Assembly (NCBI RefSeq): GCF_009914755.1
Contig: NC_060925.1
DNA length: 64,000 bases
From: the human T2T-CHM13v2.0 reference genome, Homo sapiens
Direction: 5' to 3' (one strand)
Shown in pieces: positions 47,973 through 62,964 of the stretch. The notes below the pieces were generated by a model. That model saw only the letters and a program-made list of their open reading frames with translations. It was not told the origin of the DNA and ran no database searches. The position numbers and the translations under genes are program-made. Every line of letters begins with the position of its first letter. Positions within the stretch are counted from its first letter, which is position 1.

Positions 47973-48599
47973 AATTCAACCTAAAAAAAGAAAGACAGGA
48001 GAGAAATACCTTGAGCCATGCACACACATAAATAAATCCATTTTGTGACATTAGTGGTATAATGTACACATGAGCAAAATTAACTATGTATCCAGAAAAG
48101 CATTACCCACCTACCAAACTTTAGCCATGCCCATTCACTCTAACCCAAACAGCTCCCTTCCCATCCACTGTTTTATAAGGGAAAATATGAAGTAAAACCC
48201 GTACTGTATAGACTAAAAGCAACACAGGGTCAGGGATTGAGTTTCATTCACATTTGAATACCCAGCATCTACCACAAAGTCCAACATTGAGCAGACAATG
48301 TGATGATTTAAATAATTGCTTCACTTGCACAAATTTCCATGAAAACAGAAGCAAACAGAAAGTAGAGGGGCTATAAAATTACCAAAAAGCAAATAATCCA
48401 CAAACTAATCAGACTAAAAAATAACAGAAATTTCGTTGTTTTAGATGTTTCATTTTAAATAGAACAACTTTCAGTTCAAAATAATACAATCTCATTTTAC
48501 ATTTCTAGGGCCTGCCTTGTTTTTTGAAAGCACTTTTCCAGTCATTTCCTCATGCAATTTGCCATCTATCCACTGAATTTGGCAGCAGGAACGGGAAAC

Positions 48600-49000
48600 T
48601 TCACCGAATCTGGAATTAGGACAGTTGGACTCAAGTCCTGTCTTCACCACTTCCTGTCTGTGTGACCTTGAGAAAAGCCCTTTAGCCAGGGCACATATCC
48701 ATTTCCTCCTCTGTAGAGCAGTGATAAGATCTTATTCTTCCTGTCTCATAGACATGAGGATTGGGGAGGCAGTGGGGAGAAGGAAGGAAATAATCTTACC
48801 AAGTACCCACCATGTACCAGGCATTTAAATATTTTCATTCTCACCATAATCCTGCAAAGAAATTCCACAATTTCTTGCCTATCAGATGAGAAAACAGATT
48901 CAATAAGTAAAGTAACTTTCCCAGGGTCAGTGTTGTTAAGTGCCAGAGCTGGGATTCAATCATTTCTGCCTGATCCCTGATCATGAAACCATAATGCTGC
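48600..49000. mobile_element. Two MIR fragments in opposite orientation
   Basis: accacttcctgtctgtgtgaccttgag (+) and cagatgagaaaacagattc...gtaactttcccagggtca (-). Confidence 0.6.
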
Positions 49001-50012
49001 CTTGATATGTGTAAAACATTTTAGTTGCTATTTAGTATATTATTGCACATGTAAGTATCCGCTGCTATTGCTATAAGTACAGAAGCCAGAGGCAAAGAGA
49101 AGGAAACATGAAGGCCACACAGCCTGTCAGAGACAGATCTGGGACTAGAACCCAGGTCTCCTGACTCCTGACCTTAAGTGTTCCCATTAAACCATGCTGC
49201 CCCCATGCTCCCAGGAAAAGGCATAGGGAAGCACGACGCTTGTTTATTCAGACCAGCTGTTACAGATCTATTTTAAGACAGGCACTCTGAAAACCATGGA
49301 AGGTGAGTATCAAGTGTATCATTAAATATTCCATATTAATTGACCCTTTAAAGAACTCTCATGTGAGTAGCATGTGCTGCTGGCTTCCTGTTAAGCAAGC
49401 AACTCAAAAACTGAATACACTTCTTGTAACACAGATTTTGAAAGCACATTCAGACAGCAGCACAAAATACAATTTAAAAATAATTTTACATGGAAATCAA
49501 AAGGAACTACTTTGCTGTTCATGGTTCTATCCACTAAATGCCCAAGATTAAGGAAAACCAGAATGTCAACTTGTGACTGGCTTTAACACCATGAAGGGTC
49601 TATGTTAACAGAGGATGAAAAACATGATAAAATAATGCTCCAAATAATAGCTAACAATAGGTTGTCTGTGAATTTACAAAAAGAATATTTATAATAGAAA
49701 AAAAATGCCCTATCAAAGCACATCATTTTAAACAACAGTGTTCCTGCTTCCCAGAGAAATGTAGGCACTCCTGACTCCAGAACAGAGCATTAAACCATGT
49801 GCTTGAGACCAGCTGTCACAAGGCACAGTATTAAAAGGCCAAAAAGGAACAGCTACACTCACTTTCTCTCTTCCCCTCATTAACTTTCCTTAGTTTTCCT
49901 GATTTCCTTTCCTTTTCCCATTATATACCTGTCAAAAGTCTAACACCCATTTTATACTGAATAGTGTGATAAATGTGTATGAAATCATCCAGATTCAGTA
50001 TCCTGAGGCAAA

Positions 50013-50124
50013 TTTTTTTTTTTTTTTTTGAGATGAAGTCTTGCTCTGTTGCCCAGGCTGGAGTGCAGTGGCATGATCTTGGATCACTGCAACCTCCACC
50101 TCCCAGGTTCAAGCTATTCTCCTG
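50013..50124 (-). mobile_element. Severely 5'-truncated Alu (~95 nt plus tail)
   Basis: Perfect TSD tcctgaggcaaa (50001-50012, 50125-50136). Confidence 0.9.
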
Positions 50125-50369
50125 TCCTGAGGCAAAATTTTAACTCAATATCTGACTAGTAAGGAGGTGCTATTAACAACAGCCATAAGGCCAATCAGAA
50201 CACTCCTCCAAGGGAGCCCCACACAACAGGAAAATACCATGGGAGGGGGGGAAATTCATTGCAGTCCTCATCGCAGTTCACATTCAGATAGGCCGATAGC
50301 CTCGCTGACAAGAATTCAGTTCGCTCTTAATGTTCTTATTCTAAGTTTGGCTCTACCACAAACCACTTG

Positions 50370-50720
50370 TTGGTGTAAGTTACTAAACCCCTCTTAGCTT
50401 CAGAGAGTATCCACCACATGGGGATAAATAACAGTGCCTGCCTCACGGTGTTGGACAATTAGATGAGATAATGCATGGAAAGCTTTAGTAACTGCCTTGT
50501 ATGTTTCCACAGAAGCAGTGATAATCATTATAGTAAAAAATAGTTAACATCTATTGGGCACTTGTTATAAGCCAGTCACATTAATTAATTCAGCTAGCCC
50601 TCACAAGAACCCTAGGAGGTAGGTTCTTTTATTTGGTCTATTTTAGAGATGAGGAAGCTAAAGAACAGACAGATAGACAGGTTTATTCACTTTCTGAGAG
50701 TCACTCGGTAAGTGGTGAAG
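50370..50720. mobile_element. Two MIR fragments, tail to tail
   Basis: ggggataaataacagtgcctgcctca...attagatgagataatgcat (+); ccctcacaagaaccctaggaggtagg...ttttagagatgaggaagct (-). Confidence 0.65.
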
Positions 50721-51808
50721 TAATGTTACCTGCTATTATTAGTAATGGCACTTAAGTATTTTTGGTTTTTAATGACAGTCAGTGCTGGCTATGTTTTTTT
50801 TTTAATTTGTAGATGTTTGAAAAGGTAGTAAAGAGTCACCATTTTCATCCCATTGATGAATTTAATCTATGCCTATTTATGTATGCCTATTAGGTATGAC
50901 TCCCTGTGTCCATTTCTAGTGCCATATATAAAGGAACTAGCCTATGGCATCCTCAATCAAGCCAAAGCCTGGAAGGGAGACGGATAAGGAAAAAAAACCG
51001 CAAAACAGCAAGAAATGCTGCATTCTACCAGACACTGTGGCACAAAGCAGCATGTGCTCAGCCACACCTGGGAGAAAAGTCAGGGAAGACAATACAAAGA
51101 TGACTCTTGAACTGAATCTTCAAGTAGACAAATGAAAAAGGGAACTTCAAGCAGACAAAAAGGTATATGCAACAGCACAGAGACATTTAACAGCATAGTC
51201 TTCAAGAAACTGCAAGAAGGTCAGGAGTACAAAGTGGAGAAGAGCTTTGAGAGATGAAGCAGCACAAGACCATGAGCTCTTGCATACTAAGGAGGTTGGA
51301 TTTTATCCCATGGTCCATCAGGAACCACTAAAGTTATAAGGAGGTTGTCTGATCATCTGCCCTAGTAGCTCAGATCAAACCCTAGGCATCCTTAGTCGCT
51401 CTCCATCACACCCAATGTTCATCCACATGTTTCTATCTCTACTCTGAAAATATATCTCACATCAAATGAAGGGAACAACGGCATACATGCATGCAAATGG
51501 GAAAGATCCAAGTGAGAACTGATGATGCAGAAGAGCATCGGGGTAAGAGTGAAGGAGAAACTGGCCTTGGCCAGGAGCACTGTTAACTCACTCATAGTGC
51601 AGGAGAGAAGGCATCATCTATGAGCACAGATGCAGGAAGGTGGGAGCCTGAGGAAGCTCTCCTCCAATTTTGTCTTTTCTCTCAGTGGAACAGGAAGTAA
51701 GATTACGAGTTGAGAGAAAGAAGGGAGAAACGGGTGATTAAGTTAAGTTTAAGGAAAGAAGAAAAGGTAGTACAGAGTGATCTGGAGAGTCAAAAAGTAA
51801 ATGGTCTC

Positions 51809-52172
51809 GGGCAGTTCTCAAACTTTTTTTTCCTCAGGACCCCTTTCCACTCTTAAAACGTGATTGAGAATCCTCAGCAGCTTTTGTTTGGGGTTTCACA
51901 GCTATTAATGTTTAACATACTAGAATTCTAAACTGATAAGCCTTTGAAACGTACACAAGCATATATGCTACAGTCAGCCACAGCAACGGTATAGGCACTA
52001 TCACACAGCCTTTGGAAAATTCCTCTATATACACATTAGAAAATGAGAATGAGGGCAAATAATCTATTATTATTCGATTATAAATAAAACCATAAAGAGA
52101 GTTTTGAAATTGTAGGACCCGTAAAAGCACTTCAGGGACTGCCAGTAGTTCCAGACCATACTTTGAGAACAT
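51809..52172. mobile_element. hAT-Charlie1-derived internally deleted element within L2
   Basis: Both Charlie1-like ends: gcagttctcaaactttt...caggacccctttccactcttaaaa and gaccatactttgagaac. Confidence 0.7.
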
Positions 52173-52929
52173 TAAAGAAATATAATCAGATGACTGGATG
52201 GCCCAAGGTGCCCACTTGAGGTTAGGGATCATGAACTTAAAGTGAGAGCAGTCAGCACGGTGCGGGTTTTCCTCCATTACATTCAGCAGCTCAGTTGTAA
52301 GCAGGGAATAAGTAACAAGTTGAATTTTACCAGGGTTTTGTTTATCCAAACAAGCAGGACAAATCGAGGGACGTCAAGGAATTATAATGGCTATAGTATT
52401 TAAGCTAAGTAGGAAGGAAATGAAAACTGAATCAGGAAGTTAAGAGGTGGTAGAAGCAATGAGTTCAAAGGATTGTTGGGTTTTAGGTATTAGTAGAACA
52501 AACCCAAAAGAAAGGGGTATTAAGAGAGTGGGATGCATGAAACTGAGAAGAGAGAGGGTAACTGGTAATAACTTCCAACTCAGAGTCCAAGACAGAATGT
52601 GTTCCCTTTCTCACTAAAATGTGCCCCTTCTTTATGACACTTCTGTCACCTGATGCTGAAACCTGGGTCTCAACCTAGATACTTTCCACTCTTTCTCTGT
52701 ATCTAAAAGGTTGCAAAGTCCCAGCCATCCCAACTCATAATTATCACTTTAATCTTTTTTGTTCCTCTCTATCCCTCCATTCACCTCCTTTCTCTGGCCT
52801 TATCTTCTGTTGAATGACTTCAGTACCAGTCCTGCTCACGCCTAGTTTTGTCCCATCCAATCCACCCCTCTCTATTGTGAGTGAACTTTCTACAATGATC
52901 AGGCTTCATACCTATGGAGCCACTGTAAT

Positions 52930-53310
52930 TATAGAGGCAGGGGTGTAAAACAGGCAGACTGAGGCTGTCAGTATGAATTTGGGATCCAGCAAGGTAGGTA
53001 ACACCACAGATGTCATGAGATGCTACAGGGAAGCGAATATGAAATCAAAACACAACTAAAGAGAAAACTCTAAAATGTTTAAGATATGTTTCAATAAAGA
53101 GAAGCCAGCAAACAAACAAACAAAAACTGAGAAGGAATAATAAGAGGTACAAGAGAATCAGGAGAATATGGTGTGGTGAGAGTAAAGGGAAGAGAGAGTT
53201 TTAGGAGAAGGGGATGATCAGTAACATCAATTGCTACAGGGGATTCGAGAAAAATAATAAAAACAATCCACTGTATTTGAAAATTAGAAAATATGTGGTG
53301 ATCTATACTA
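52930..53310 (-). mobile_element. L2 fragment
   Basis: Purine-rich L2 body motifs (gaagccagcaaa...actgagaagga; tcaattgctacag; aatccactgtatttg). Confidence 0.55.
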
Positions 53311-54099
53311 GATCAACCCCATTTGTATTGCAAACATGGTATAATTTTCTCCATCTTAAAAAAAAAAAAAGACACGATCTCATTTCCTCACTCTGGCAAG
53401 CCATGGGATTGTACCTCACCAAGAGGGTTTCAGTACTTCAGTGCCTTACCCCAGGCTCTGCTTTCCAGAGAACCTAGGTTAAGCCACCAATCACGCAGAC
53501 AGAACAAGTGCTTAAGATGCCTAAAGATGCCACAACTACTTTACATGAAAAGATCCTGATTGGTATTGAGTTTAAAATTATGCTGGCAGATTATCCAAGA
53601 GAATAACCTAACAAATGGCAAAGAGGTTAATGACTTCTGAGAAGACTAAGGAATGATATTATTCTGAATGAACTGACTAAAAATGTTACTAGGCACACCA
53701 TTCTTTTTGGGAAATAACAGTTCTTCCTCCTTCCCTTTTGTATAACCCAAAAATCTGTAAGTCACACCACCTTGTATGGGAGGAGGGAGTGTGTAGACAT
53801 GTATTTGGAATTCATGCCTCAATGCTAAAACTAAATCATAGTTTTTAAAAACAATGTATGGTTGTGTATAGCAGAAACTAACTCTTTAAAATAATAACAG
53901 CAGCATCAAAACTCAGCTTAGAAGGAAATCTCACAGACAATAGTGATGAATTATTTTAGGAATGCTGCATCACCAACACTAGATGTTCAAAGGGCAACAC
54001 TGTATGAAAACACATGGCAATCAATGACTCTAAGTTCAAGTGGTATTCAGAATAGTCACAATCTGAACAAAAAGAAGATTTTAAAACACTTTAAATTTT

Positions 54100-54319
54100 A
54101 CTTATTTTTTTTTATCATTATACTTTAAGTTCTGGGATACATGTGAAGCAAGTGCAGGTTTGTTACATAGGTATACATGTGCCATGGTGGTTTCCTGCAC
54201 CCATCAACCCGTCATCTACGTTAGGTATTTCTCCTAATGTTATCCCTCCCCTTGCCCTCCAACCCCCGACAGGCCCCGGTGTGTGATGTTCCCCTCCCTG
54301 TGCCCATATGTTCTCATTC
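54100..54319 (-). mobile_element. L1PA (PA7/8-like) 3' end
   Basis: ttatactttaagttctgggatacatgtg...ccccggtgtgtgatgttcccctccctgtg. Confidence 0.92.
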
Positions 54320-54454
54320 TTCGTATATAGATATATCTTTTCACATACAAATACATATACACAAGAGTACCATATGAGAAAATCTGTCCATCTAAAGAGC
54401 TCTTTCAATAGGTATAAAATAAGAATTGTGTCATAAGAAAATAAACTATATCTA

Positions 54455-54768
<314 letters not shown>

Positions 54769-54779
54769 ACCCATATATT

Positions 54780-56585
<1,806 letters not shown>

Positions 56586-59500
56586 TCCTTGAAGTCTGAA
56601 TTATTCATTTAAACAATTCAAAGTTTACATACACTGTCCATAGTGGCCACTAAACTCATTGACTGTATTACCCCTACTATAAAGCATAGTATAAAGCAAA
56701 ATTTTAAGTTTCAAACTAAGACTAAGGTACTCTCATTCATGATAGATCTAGGGGTGGTTATAGGCATTCATGAAGATCTTCTTAACCACTAAAAGTGACA
56801 TCAAGCCAATAACTCATGCCCTTCCACAGGCACACCCCCAGCCCCAACCCCAGCATGTGCCGCCCACCCAGTACAGCTATCACCAGTAGGCTCTTCTCTT
56901 CCAGAATCATTCACATGCTTTGTGTCCTGGCTAGAATACTGTTTCAGATGAAAAATAAATCTCAAATATAGACACTAAAATCTAACATATACAGACACCA
57001 AATTTCTTAGATATTCACTGGCCAACTGCATTTTATTTAACTGTATTATATAATAAGAGGAACATGTTAAATGTATAACTAAATATGATTAATGTTTACC
57101 TCTTTAACCTATCATAAATAAAAACAAACACTAAATCAGCATGAAAAAATATACTTATTTTTGAACTGAAGATCATCCTCTTACCAAGATGGCAAGATCA
57201 AAAACAAACTGATGTCAACAGCCAGAAAGAACAATAAGTAAGAAAACTGGGATCCCATCCATGCTTTTATTTTGAAAGATAATCAACTAACTTATTAAGA
57301 TTCCAAGATTCAAACCTATAATTGAGCAGTCATTATTTGCAGTTATTTATTTTTTTAAATGCAAACAAGGCAGAAGGCTAACAGAGAATAGAAAGGCATC
57401 CCACTCACTGGAATAAACACTCATTTTAAAAGGCTGGTCATTTTATAGCCTCTTTCAGGAAAGCTAAACAGGCTACAAACAAAACATCAATAAATTAAAA
57501 TTTCTTTTGTCAACATCTGCTCTTTACAGTCTCAATATGTCACAAAAGTCAGAAGTGACAGCTTCCAGTTATTTCTCAGGTTAGGAGATCATGTGCTATA
57601 AAAAATAGTCTATTTCAAATTAATATCTTCAACAGAATCTAAGTAGACAGAACGACTCTCAGACATACCAAAACGCCACAAGTACTAGTAATGACATCTC
57701 TAACTCCAGGGGAATACATTCTGCTGGGACATGACAGGGTTGTACCAGGTTAATAGTGTATTCACTACAGCTAGAACCTTTCCCAAGAAAGAGATGAGTA
57801 GTTAGCGGCAAAATGTCTAGGGTTATCAGCCCAAAGGAACCGGTAGGCCTCTACAATTGTTTTAAAATTTCTATTGGAACCTATTACTCTTAATATAACA
57901 ATAGCAGAAAAAATGTTTTTCATAATTTTGCTAATAGTAAACATTTATTAAGTACATGTGCTAGGCACTATAAGCATGTTAAATACGTCAAGTTGTTTCA
58001 TAAAATCATTTCATAAGTCTCATTAAAGGATTTAATGACAACCTGCATGATACAAACTCATCGGCCTAGCATCCACTTGTTCAGCAGCCTTGCCTCTCTG
58101 CAATGAGGCCAAGAACCATGAGGAAAGCAAAAACAGACATCACCAGGCTCAGGTACTAGCCTTCTAGGATTCACATTTGAGGGAAGCACCCTCTCATAGG
58201 ACATTACAGGAGAAACTGTACTTAATTTGGAACCAGAAACCTCAAGGTTGAACAGACTTAAGAACTCAAAAGTGCAACGGCACAAAGAAGGTCATTAGCT
58301 GTCCTACTTACCTTATTATAACCCAGTGATTTACCATCTGATAGCATAGTGTAATAATTCCTTTAGGGCAAGTATCCTGGTGTGCTCATTTTGCTACCCC
58401 CACTAGGGAACAGAACTCTTAGAGCATTGTATGTGCTCAATTTTCATTAATGATGCTTATAATGACAATCTTTGGTCATCAGAAAGATTAAATTACATCT
58501 AACATAAGAGGAGAAGAGTGAAACACATTCAAAACGATTCTCATCCATTGTTAGCATTCAAATAAAGGCTTCGAGGTTTAAAAAGGTCTTCAGCTGTCCA
58601 GAAAACGTGATTATTGAGAGCAACTGCTGAGAGTTCCAGGAAACAAGTTCCAGGAAATGTGCACAGTACTGTACTCCCTACTGGTGGGCCAAGGCATCCT
58701 GACCCACGCTGCCTCCTGAGGCTACAGGCAAAGTGGAAAATGGGGATGTGTGAGAGTAGCTAACTGCAGCTCCCACCATAATAGAAAAGTCTGCCAAACC
58801 CCTCAAAGGAATTTCCAGAGTTGAGACAACTCTGAAGGGGTACCTAGAGGTAGCAATCACCATGCATGTTTATGGGGGTATAAAATAATTTACCTCACTT
58901 TTAAATACGTATGGCTCTCCCCACTTCCATGCCTGTTCTTTCTTAGGGACTGCCCACCAGCAGGTTGAAGGCAAACAGGCAAGGAATGCAGAATCTGAAG
59001 TGCAGGGGACCCTGATGAAACACTGACACCAAGAATCACAGATGACTGTGTGTGCTCTAACTTTAAATACATACTTATTAAATCATATAAAGTCCGTTCC
59101 TTCTTAAAAGGCGCTGCTCTGGTTGCTAAGTAGCTGAGGCTCTGCGTCATAGAGGATTAGTGCTGAAATGTGTCAGGGAGAGGGCTCTGTCCTCTCCCTT
59201 TTAAGTTGAAAGCAGTTTGGTTTTTTGTTTTGTTTTAACATTCTGAAAGAGAAAGAGGCTCTGAACCGAGTTTAACATCCTTCTGTACAAAAATTTTCCG
59301 ACAGGACAAATAAACTACTCTTCCACTGAACTGTGACTTTTGAGCTGACTCTAGGGTGCACCCAACCTTCCAGAGGTGTCTGGCTTAACCCTCAAAGAGG
59401 CAGCTCCAGCCCCAGGAGCCGACCGGCACCACAGCACCTGAGCAGGGCACTGCAGGAAGGAAAGCGGAATCTCTAGTGAAACTTCTCATTTCCTGTCGCT

Positions 59501-60141
59501 GCTGAGAGAGGCTGGACTCGCTCCTTCTCACATGGCTTAGGAAGAGCTGTAAACGGGAGCTTGCCGGCTGGCCACCAGCTCAGGGGCCCTGGGGGCGGCC
59601 TCCGGGTTCTGCTCCCTGTTCTTCCCTTTGACCAATGTCACTCCTGGACAGATAACGGGACCAAACGCCCTTCACTTCCTCGAGTCCTCATGTATGTCAT
59701 GGTTCCTCTTTTAGGAAAACATGAGTACAAGACGCAAAGCAAAAGAAGAGACTAAAGGCAAATTACCCCATCACCTCGTTTCGTCCCTCCCCTTCGTTAT
59801 TATAGAAGAGCTTGATCAAATTCCCTTTGTCGCGCCACACACACGCAGAGTAGGTGAAGGGCACCCTAAGACAACTTATTTCTTTCCCGCCTCACAGAAA
59901 GCCTTTACGAAATCCTCACACCATCTCCGGACGCAAAGCTTTCGCATTCAGCTTGAGGAGCTAAACCATTTCAAGCCAAGGTAGGAAACGCCAAAGTGGT
60001 GCCGAAGTGGTCCCAAAGCAGAAGGCTGGGAAGCAGGGCAAGCTCAGCGCACCTAGACGTTTGCATTTACACAAAGAAATTAGCCGCATGATTAATGGGA
60101 GCTGCCGGCTGGAGGCGGGGCGCCCGTGCCGGCCTCCTCAC

Positions 60142-60345
60142 CTGGGACATCTGCGGCCTCAGGTTGATCTCCTTCAGGTTGATGGAGTGCGCCCGGAGGT
60201 TGTTAAGCAGCTGGCAGAGCAGGACTCCATCGCGGAGGGTCTGCGCAAGGTCGAACACCTGAGCCGAGTCCCAGGTCACCCGGTGGTTGGTGGGCAGCAC
60301 CTTGCAATGGATGAGCCACTGCGCGCACTGCTTCCACGGCTCCAT
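60142..60345 (-). CDS. VAV3: VAV3 coding exon 1 (68 codons; N-terminal part of the calponin-homology domain of the Rho/Rac GEF Vav3)
   Basis: Translation [68 protein letters not shown] matches the Vav3 N-terminus. The ATG is in strong Kozak context (gggcATGG). The exon ends at a canonical phase-0 donor CAG|GTGAGG (GT at 60141-60140). The ORF-track extension to 60067 is intronic read-through. Confidence 0.97.
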
Positions 60346-60656
60346 GCCCGACGGCTCCGGGACGCGGCTGGGCCGGGGCGGGCGGCAAGGATGCGGCCGC
60401 CGCCGCCGCCGCGGTTCCTCCGCGCCCCGCCGACGCCAACAGCCGCCGGCCCTTTCCCCGCGCGGGATCGAGGGAGCAGGAGCCGCAGCTGACGGGTCGC
60501 GGGCGCCGCGCTAGGCTCGGCTCCGGTCCCGGCCCGGGTGCGCCGCGACCCGGCCGCCGCTGCAGCGAGTCCCGCGCGCTCTCCGTGCGCCCCGGCCGGC
60601 TCGGCGGCGGCTGCCGCGCACAGGCTTCCGACTCCAGCGCCCGGCCCGCCACTGAG
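60346..60656 (-). other. VAV3: Probable VAV3 5'UTR (very GC-rich, includes a short (GGC)5 tract at 60396-60412)
   Basis: ATG-free GC-rich stretch between the start codon and a candidate Inr (CTCAGT, BBCABW consensus, minus strand 60656-60651). The TSS is inferred, not observed. Confidence 0.6.
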
Positions 60657-61692
60657 CATGCCCAGCACGCCGGCCGGTCTCGCTGCGGTCCGCAAGTCCC
60701 CAGACGCGCGGGTGGGAGCGCGCCGGCGGCCGGGGCTGGGGTCTGTGGCCGAGGGCGGGGCGCGGGGGAGGGGCCGGCGGAGGGGGGCGGCGGCCAGAAA
60801 GGGGATCCCGCGCCCCCGCCTGCAGCCTTGCGGGGCTCACGCAGCCCCCGGCGTCCTGGGGTCTTCTCTCGGGGCGGCTTCCCGGCTTTGCGGGGAGTGT
60901 GGCTGAATACTGTAATACGATGGGGTCCCCCAGGACCCCCTAAACAACAAATGCTCAAAGGAGCGACGGATTAATTGGGGCACCCAGACTCCCCAGAGCA
61001 ATGAAAAAAGTGCCTAGAGCATCAGTAGAGCACGGCGCTGAAAGTTTTAGAGATCGTCGCCCCCTCGCCCCTTGCAGCTCTATCCCCTCCATTCTCTATA
61101 GCTGATTCCTCAGCCTATTCCTCCTAGTTGCCCCTAGTGGTGTTTTGGCACCCTCAAAGTGAGTGAGAGTGCGTGTGTGGAGACGCCTGCGGAAACCGCC
61201 CCGATCCCTGAGCCTATTTCCTCGCGAGGTGATTTTCACTTGGAGCTGGTTTGCCCCTGCACTGTCAGGCTCGGAACTGTTTGCCGTTGCTGTTCTGGCC
61301 CTTTTGCTGACCCCACAAAAACCTGCTTGAGAAAGGCCTGTGCCACGGTGCTAGACTGCGCATGCGTCGGCGACTGGCGGCCGGGTTTGAGAGCAAAGCG
61401 CGTTAGCCCTGGGCAGCTCCTGCCGGGCTGTTCTGGGATCCTTAGTGAAAGTTGGAACTTGACCCCAGAACTTTTGCGCAGTGCACAAGCAGTGCATTCG
61501 TGTTTCTTAAGTAAATCTTTTGGAGACTCTAAACCCTACCCCTTTTACTCCCACTGCACACTGCCCCTCAAAACCACAATTAATGTTTAAATTATTTGTG
61601 GCAAGATATTGCCACAGTGAATTATTGCTGTTCGATAGGAATGTGGTCCTTCGTCACCCTTTTGAGATGCATTCACTTAAAATTAGAAAATA

Positions 61693-62065
<373 letters not shown>

Positions 62066-62597
62066 TTATAAGCAGGCCAAAATATTATTTTTAAAAGAAT
62101 GATCTGTTCAGGATAGTGATTGCGTCCTTTTTCGTTTGGCTGTGACAAGGATAGCACACTGTTTACACTCAGCGCTGAACAATAAATCAGCCTGAGGATT
62201 TCCTTTCCTCACACGCATCCTTCCCTAGCAATTTCCTCTTGTGTTCAATGCGGATTCCATCAATAGCACGACATTTCCTAGGCCATAATTTTGGCAAATA
62301 AATCATACTAAACTCTACATACCTTTAGAAGCAAAATCCAACACATTTGAATCACCATTTAACACAGTCTTTCATAAAGAGAAATTAAAAAGAAATTTCA
62401 TTAAACGGGTCAAAATTTAAACTAAAACTATGAATTTTTTTCAGGTAGCATCAGATCACCTTTGGATGTTGGAGAATATTTCCAAAATCCACATTATATA
62501 CACTATCCCAGGACGCAAATCTGGATTTAGAGCCCGAGCTGTACTGCTTTCTAGCAACATGACCTTGGATAAATTCTCTACGGTTCAGTTTCCATGA

Positions 62598-62913
<316 letters not shown>

Positions 62914-62964
62914 TAAGAAGTAATTTCTAACTAATAGGGTTGTTGTCAGGATCAAATGGTACAA

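Larger units (their letters stand above)
60000..61500. promoter_or_regulatory. CpG-island promoter of VAV3 (TATA-less, GC boxes)
   Basis: Abrupt rise in GC and CpG density. Sp/KLF GC box GGGCGGGG at 60753-60760, NRF1-like TGCGCATGCG at 61357-61366, CCTCGCGAGG at 61220-61229. Confidence 0.92.

Noticed and set aside
51912-52349. 145-aa ORF
   Set aside because: Spans a Charlie/L2 fossil junction with no protein-like signature.
60067-60141. C-terminal 24 aa of the 92-aa ORF
   Set aside because: Lies past a consensus splice donor; intronic read-through.
60346-60513. N-terminal extension of Vav3
   Set aside because: In-frame TAG at 60513-60511 and no in-frame ATG between it and the start codon.
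60203-60974. Long overlapping ORFs in the CpG island (251 aa, 161 aa, 129 aa, 122 aa, 109 aa)
   Set aside because: GC-rich DNA is depleted of stop codons; the products are low-complexity Ala/Arg/Gly/Pro and most use non-ATG starts.
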